Assembly (NCBI RefSeq): GCF_009914755.1
Contig: NC_060947.1
Origin: the human T2T-CHM13v2.0 reference genome, Homo sapiens
Length of the DNA: 64,000 nucleotides
Reading direction: 5' to 3' (one strand)
A model generated the notes under the pieces. It ran no database searches. It saw only the letters and a program-made list of their open reading frames with translations, and had not been told where the DNA came from. Both the position numbers and the translations under genes were made by a program. Positions 57,402-64,000 of the stretch are shown one piece after another; within the stretch, counting starts at the first letter, position 1, and each line of letters opens with the position of its first letter.

Positions 57402-57863
57402 ATTTTTATTTTTATTATACTTTAAGTTCTAGGGTACATGTGCACAACGTGCAGAATTGTTACATATGTATACATGTGCCATGTTGGTGTGCCGCACCCA
57501 TTAACTCGTCATTTACATTAGGTATATCTCCTAATGCTATCCCTCCCCCCTCCCCTCACCCTATGACAGGCCCCTGTGTGTGATGTTCCCTTTCCTGTGT
57601 CCTAGTGTTCTCATTGTTGAATTCCCACCTGTGAGTGAAAACATGCGGTGTTTGGTTTTTTGTCCTTGTGATAGTTTACTGAGAATGATGGTTTCCAGCT
57701 TCATCCATGTCCCTACAAAGGACATGCACACGTGTGTTTATTGCGGCACTATTCACAATAGCAAAGACTTGGAACCAACCAAATGCCCATCAATGATAGA
57801 CTGGATTAAGAAAATGTGGCACATATACACCATGGAATACTATGCAGCCATAAAAAGGATGAG
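57402..57863 (-). mobile_element. 5'-inverted, truncated L1PA4-like insertion
   Basis: Antisense 3' UTR to 57726, then a sense segment; 17 bp TSD ttcattgcttcattttt at 57385-57401 and 57864-57880. Confidence 0.95.
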
Positions 57864-57913
57864 TTCATTGCTTCATTTTTAAAAAGAAAGCCTTCAAAGA
57901 CATCTTTACTTAC

Positions 57914-57966
57914 CAGTGTACTTGAAGAAATGTTATCAAAACCTTCAGCGTTATCTTTCTGCAGAG
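57914..57966 (-). other. Candidate 53 bp exon
   Basis: On -: acceptor gttccattttatctcAG, donor CTG|GTAAGT; sequence not recognised as repeat. Confidence 0.3.
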
Positions 57967-58369
57967 CTGAGATAAAATGGAACACACTTTGGCAATTTCT
58001 ATAGATTATAGGGCTCAGTATTTCAAAGTGTATACACAAAGGTGTATTGTGATGAGTGAATTATCTCTATCACCTGATTAAAGATTTGTCTGTCTTTGTG
58101 ATAAGGGGAGAATCAACTTCTTTTGGCAGTGATGCTTTGAAAATATGGAATGGCCTATATTCTGCACTGTTATTTTTAGGGTATAATATTCTTTAGTGAT
58201 ATAATAATTTTCAAAGTCCTGAATTTTTTTTCTACAAAAAGTTAAGTTGTCAGATTCTTGTCAAACAATGCCATAATTTGAAGTAAAAGAAAGTAATTCT
58301 CAGTTAATCTTTACAATTTCTGAATTTATGACATTTTTTGCTTTTTATTTACATTGAGTTCCCCACATA

Positions 58370-58695
58370 TTTTATTTATTTTTAAAATTTATTTATTTAT
58401 TTAAAATTTTTGTGGGTATATAGTAGGTGTACATATTTATGGGTTACATGAGATATTTTGATACAGGCATGCAATGCATAATAATCACATCAGGGTAAAT
58501 GGGGTTATCGATCACCTCATACGTTTATCCTTTGTGCTACAAATAATCCAGTTATACTCTTTTATTCATTTAATAATGTACAATTAAATTATTTTTGACT
58601 ATAGTCACTCTGTTGTGCTGTCAAATGCTAGGTCTTATTCATTCTTTCTGTTTCTTGTACTGAATAAACATCCCCACTTCCCCCTCACTCCCCTA
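58370..58695 (-). mobile_element. L1MA2/3-like 3' end
   Basis: tttgtgggtatatagtaggtgtacatatttatgggttacatgagatattttgatacaggcatgcaatg. Confidence 0.88.
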
Positions 58696-59063
58696 AATCT
58701 TAATAAAAACTTTCATTATGCCTTTACATTATAGAAAAGCATTTCATATACTGTTACAATATACAATTTCTGCTAATTTATACTAAGCATAGGGAATTTC
58801 TATTAATAGTTAACAATTTTTTTTGACAGTTGTGGATAGCTATGATACTATTCAGAAATGAAGTTATATTCATTTAAATGTTATTTTAGACATAAATGAA
58901 GTAAATTTCAAAGAAAAATAATTTAATGTTTTGAAAGATCCAAAATCAATGCTAAGATTTCCAAATCTGAAATAAACACCATCATTATATAATACCATAA
59001 TTTATATAATGCGAATGATGAAATCAACCTTGTATTCATTTCTGTCAACCACCTCATACTTAC

Positions 59064-59175
59064 AGATAAGGCTTTTAATACTCCCAGAAGTCAAAAGCAC
59101 AATATTCAAGTATTACAGAATTTGCAAAATATTAAGAATTGTTAAAATGTCTGATTGAGATGAATTTGTTCACCT
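59064..59175 (-). other. Candidate 112 bp exon
   Basis: On -: branch-like cctaat, acceptor tatttgtattttgttttAG, donor TCT|GTAAGT; stops in all three frames. Confidence 0.3.
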
Positions 59176-59519
59176 CTAAAACAAAATACAAATATCATTT
59201 TAATTAGGCCACAAACTGGAGTTCTAATTCTTCTACCTCTATGCTAAAACTGTCTTTTTGAGATTTTTGAGTATGCATTTTTTTCAGTAGTGGCTTTAAT
59301 TCTAACAAATTTCTGATCTCAATTATGGCATTAAAACTTGGAGACAGGGTAGTTACAAAGAATTCTATTTTTGATGCAACCAAAGGCTAATCTATCACTG
59401 TTGGTGCTTTCAGTAGCACTTCTCAACTACTATCTTGATTGTTTTACTGTCGAGTTTAAAAACCTTCAGTTTCTCTTCAATAACAAAATGATAAAGTAAA
59501 ACTCCCTACATACAAAAAA

Positions 59520-60490
59520 GACCCTTCACAGTCAGTCCTAATCTGCTCTCCAGCCTCCTTTCCTATCATTTTCTCTATTTCTATCTCATTCTCCCATGCT
59601 GCAACCATACATACCTTTCTTTTCATTGACACCAAGGCAACTCATTAATTTTTAACACCCAACTCAGGCATTATCTCCTCTATGAAGCCTTGCCTAACTT
59701 CGCCAGGCATAGTTAAGTTATTACTTCACTGTTAGTATTGGAAATTCAGGCTGCTTTAACAAATAGGCTCCCAAATTTTATCACACATTAGCACTGTATA
59801 AATATTTTTGTCTTTGTCTTTTAATAGTTGTGAAAGATTTTCCAGGTTGGTGAGATGGTGAGATAGCTGTCTTCTATCTAGTCATTCAAGACCTAAGCTG
59901 AGAAAGCACTCCAATCTTTAAAACAGGGCTTTTAAGTTGCCTTGAATGTTGGCACCCCAGGCATACAGAAGGGGAAAAGAGAACAGAGGAGCATGCATGG
60001 GAGGTTTTAAAACCCAGATCTGGAAATGAGGTACACCATTTCTGTTCTCATTTCACTGGAGACAGCTTATTCACCTGGCCACATATAATTGCATTAGAGA
60101 TTAGAATGTAGTATGGTTGTGTGCCCAAGAAAGGGAGAAAAATGGTGGAGAACTGTGATTTCTGCTATACCCATCTAGGAGGTTCTCATAATACTACTTA
60201 AGCACATTTCCATTTGTAATATGATTATCATTTTATGTATCTATCTCCCTCATTGATCTATTACTAAATTGTGGGTTTCTTGAGAACTGGGACTTTAGTC
60301 AATATTCATAATTTATTCCATCAATTAATGTTCATTAAATGTCCTCTGTGTGCCAGTGTATCTGTGTTATTATATATGAGCTCTATTGTTGCTACCATAC
60401 CTATTATAATGTTCAATGGATGCTTATTAAATAAACAAATAAGTAAATAAATAAAAAATAAATACCTGTATGAATTAGTGAATGAATATT
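59520..60490 (+). mobile_element. L2 3' fragments, split by an MLT1 LTR
   Basis: caactcaggcattatctcctctatgaagcct; tail aataaatacctgtatgaattagtgaatgaat. Confidence 0.55.
59729..60170 (-). mobile_element. MLT1J/K-like LTR
   Basis: tttctgttctcatttcactgg...cacctggccaca...tgtgtgcccaagaaag. Confidence 0.6.
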
Positions 60491-60683
60491 GATATTACCA
60501 TAATTGGGTTTTAGTGGTGCAGTGCTATGGTCCTCTCTTGTTAAAAAATTAACCCTGTCACTTGAATTGATACCTTCTTTCCTTCCACAAAAAATTCATT
60601 TTAGCACTGTAATAACACTCTTTTCTGTGGTGGTGTCCATACTTCCAAATTAATTAGTTAACTAAGCTTAAAATATTATAGTG

Positions 60684-60833
60684 CAAGGAATAGCGATTTT
60701 TTGGTAAAGAGACATATAAAAATTAGTTTAGGACTTGCAAGACACATATAGTCTCTGTTGCAACTATTCAACTCAGACTTTGGAATATATGGGCTGATTT
60801 GGCCCATAGAAGACCATAGTTTGCCAACTTCTG
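60684..60833 (+). mobile_element. MER58A (hAT-Charlie), internally deleted
   Basis: gtctctgttgcaactattcaactc...catagtttgccaacttctg; perfect 8 bp TSD ttatagtg at 60676-60683 and 60834-60841. Confidence 0.88.
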
Positions 60834-60944
60834 TTATAGTGTAATATACGCTGAAATGTAGAAATCACTGGATATTTTTATTACCCAGAAAAGTGTAAAT
60901 AATGTCAAATTGGCTTTAATGATGACTTGGAAAGCCCTTATAAA

Positions 60945-62130
60945 GAATGATGTTGGACAAGATGACATAGACTACATTTTCTCTGTTTCTATCTAAATAT
61001 AACTAAATACAATCATAAAGAAAATCCAAAAGATGGAAAAAATGGTGGATTGGCTAACTCAGAATTTGGAGAAGGACACTGCAGTGAGCTCCTTGGGTCT
61101 TATCTTTATATCCCAAGTAGCCTGAACTGTGTGCTGAAGCGCTCTGCAATGTAGAAAAACCAACAAGTGTAGACAAACTACCCAATAAGTAAAAACAAAA
61201 AACATTTGCTCTCTCTGGCCAAATGGGAAACCCAGCAGGGACTTACTAGGAAGAAATATACTTGCTGGTAGAAGCAGGTCTACCCATTAGAAGCAGTGGC
61301 AAAAATGGACTGACCCTGGTGGTGCTAGCCCACCTTACATCCCTCACCTGCCAGCTGAAGTGGACCCAATCTGCCTACAGCAGTAATAGCAGAACTTGGT
61401 CAGGACAACTCACCTCACATCCAATAATAAGAGGCAGCAAGTGGGCCCCTTTGCCCACAGTAGAGGCACTAGCATGCCTGATGTCTCCTGGGTTTTATCC
61501 AGCAGCAGAATATAACCCAGGGATATTGTATCCTGACTCTCCTTTGAATGGCAGAAAGCCACACAGGCTCAGCAGCTTCTGGCCCCTCCACCTAGTGTCA
61601 GAAGGTGGTCCATGCAGGTACTTTCCTCCCCTAGAGGCAAAAGCAGAAATAATAGTGGGAAGCCCACTGGCAGGCATCCAGTGATGGGGGAACAGGTCAG
61701 GAGAAAAACTTTTCATCTTGTGGGTCTGGTATCTCCATTCCACACCTAATGATACCAGATGGCACCAGCAAGGATCCAGCAGGAACTTGAGTGGAGCTAG
61801 AAGGAAACTGACCAGAATAGTACCATAAGAGCTCAGAAAATCAAATGATATTGGGACTACAGACCATAAAAGTAGGCCAGAACCTATGTACTAAACCTAA
61901 ACAAGGTGACTGCTTGCTAAAATAGAAGATCTATATAGCATTGAGTTTCCTAATATCCAAAATATACACAATATAATAGAAATTCACCCATCATACCAAG
62001 ATCCAGGCAAATCACAACTGGAATTAAAAAAATTAATTAATGGCAATACTGAAGTTAATCAGAAGTTGGAAATATCTGATGAATATTTTAAAGTAGCCAC
62101 CATAACATTGCTTCAACAGTAGTTAGAGAT
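60945..62130 (+). mobile_element. Old L1M 5' UTR / ORF1 start
   Basis: ggacaagatgac start motif; ttggaaatatctgatgaatattttaaagtagcc resembles early L1M ORF1. Confidence 0.55.
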
Positions 62131-62137
62131 TACTTCA

Positions 62138-63567
62138 TTTTTTAAATATTTTATTTGATTTTATTTTAAGTTCTGGGATACATGTGCAGGACATGCAGGT
62201 TTGTTACATAGGTAAACGTGGGCCATGGTGGTTTGCTGCACCTATCAACACATCACCTAGGTATTAAGCCCAGGATGCATTAGCTATTTTTCCCGATGCT
62301 CTCCATGCCCCCGCCCCCCACCTGACAGTCCCCAGTGTGTGTTGTTCCCCTTCCTGTGTCCATGCATTCTCATTGTTCAGCTCCCACTTATAAGTGAGAA
62401 CATGCAGTGCTTGGTTTTCTGTTCCTGTGTTAGTTTGCTGAGGATAGTGGCTTCCAGCTCCATCCGTGTCCCTGCAAAGGACATGATCTCACTCCCTCCT
62501 ATGGCTGCATAGCACTCCATGGTGTATATGCACCACACCTTCTCCATACAGTCTATCATTGATGTGCATCTGGGCTGATTCCATGTCTTTGCTATTTTGA
62601 ATAGTGCTGCAACGAACATACTCGTGCATGTATCTTTATAACAGAATGATTTATATTCCTTTGGGTATATACCCAGTAATGAGATTGCTGGGTCAAATGG
62701 TATTTCCACTTCTAGATCTTTGAGGAATCGCCACACTGTTTTCCACAATGGTTGAACTAATTTACATTCCCACCAACAGTGTAAAAGTGGTCCTGTTTCT
62801 CCACAGCTTTGCCAGCATCTATTGTTTCTTGACTTTTTAATAAGTGCCATTCTGACTGGCATGAGATGGTATCTCATTGTGGTTTTTGATTTGCATTTCT
62901 CTAAGGATCAGTGATGTTGGGCTTTTTTTCATATGTTTTTTGGCCACATGAATGTCTTCTTCTGAGAAGTATCTGTTCATATCCTTTACCCAATTTTTGA
63001 TGGCGTTGTTTGTTTTTCTCTTGTAAATTTGTTTACATTCCTTGTAGATTCTGGATATTAGACCTTTGTCAGATGGATAGATTGCAAAATTTTCTCCCAT
63101 TCCATAGATTGTCTGTTCACTCTGATGATAGTTTCTTTTGCCATTCAGAAGCTCTTTGGTTTGGATCCCATTTGTCAATTTTTGCTTTCATTGCAATTCC
63201 TTTTGATGTTTCCATCATGAATTCTTTGCCCGTGCCTGTGTCCTGAATGGTATCACCTGGATTTTCTTCTAGAGTTTTTATAGTGTGGAGTTTTACTTTT
63301 AAGTTTTTAACCCATCTTGAGTTAATTTTTTATAAGGTGCAAGGAAGGGGTCCAGCTTCAATTTTCTGCATATGGCTAGCCAGTTTTCCCAGCACGATTA
63401 ATTAAATAGGGAATCTTTCCCCATTGCTTGTTTTTGTCCAGTTTGTTGAAGATCAGATGGTTGTAGATGTGTGGATTTATTTCTGAGCTCTCTATTCTGT
63501 TCCATTGGTCTATGTGTCTGTTTTGGTATCAGTACCATGTTGTTTTTGTAGTATATTTTGAAGTTGG
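62138..63567 (-). mobile_element. L1PA8-like 3' portion
   Basis: ORF2 C-terminal peptide [23 protein letters not shown]; 3' UTR tttgctgcacctatcaac...gtattaagccc. Confidence 0.92.
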
Positions 63568-63988
63568 TTTATTAGTCAGCGTTCTCTAGAGGGACACACA
63601 TATATATATAAAGGGGAGTTTAGTAAGTATTAACTCACACGATCACAAGGTCCCACAATAGGCCATCTGCATGCTGAAGAGCCATGAGAGCCAGTCTGAG
63701 TTCCAAAACTGAAGAACTTGGAGTCCTATGTTTGAGGGCAGGAAGCACCCAGCATGGGAGAAAGATGTAGGCTGGGAGGCTAGGCTAGTCTCTCTTTTTC
63801 ACATTTTTTGGCCTGCCTCCCTGGCAGTTGATTAGATTTTGCCAGCCCAGATTAAGGGTGGGTCTGCCTTTCCCAGTCCACTGACTCTAATGTTAATCTC
63901 CTTTGGCAACGCACTCGCAGACACACCCAGGATCAATATTTTGTATCTTTCAATCCAATCAAGTTGGCATTCAGTATTAGCCATCAGA
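63568..63988 (-). mobile_element. MLT2A1-like (HERV-L) LTR
   Basis: tattagtcagcgttctctagagggaca...aactcacacgatcacaaggtcccacaataggcc...caatccaatcaagttg. Confidence 0.92.
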
Positions 63989-64000
63989 AGTACACTTCTT

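Noticed and set aside
59355-59505. Possible third minus-strand exon (acceptor cttttttgtatgtAG)
   Set aside because: No good donor, and the segment resembles a MIR core remnant.
47128-60389. 22 bp near-identical match tattata(c/t)atgagctctattgt at 47128-47149 and 60368-60389
   Set aside because: Short and AT-rich, does not extend, and is plausible by chance in 64 kb.
61262-61743. 140 aa and 82 aa ORFs in a more GC-rich patch
   Set aside because: They lie in probable old L1 5' UTR sequence; the longer starts at TTG; no recognisable domain.

Overview
Primate (human-like) genomic DNA made almost entirely of interspersed repeats, with no recognisable intact protein-coding gene. The ORF track is explained by L1, Alu, LTR and low-complexity sequence. 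The window holds nested old L1M elements, eight Alus, a full MaLR provirus (2187-4605), solo or partial LTRs (THE1/MST, MER11, MLT1, MLT2A1), hAT MITEs (MER5A, MER3, MER58A), a near full-length L1MA (-) and a near full-length L1PA6-like element (+, 50332-56023). The dominant unusual feature is a ~13.2 kb composite AT-rich array (12740-25945) built from many local 22-36 bp palindromic units; it appears to have expanded inside the terminal bases of an L1ME 3' end. Other observations are an ORF0 homologue and an in-frame ~450 bp ORF2 deletion in the L1PA6, a clean twin-priming L1 inversion, several repair or deletion scars, and two phase-compatible candidate minus-strand exons (57914-57966, 59064-59175). 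Subfamily calls come from recalled consensus sequences, not a database search, and boundaries of old elements are approximate. I see no firm evidence of a new gene system.
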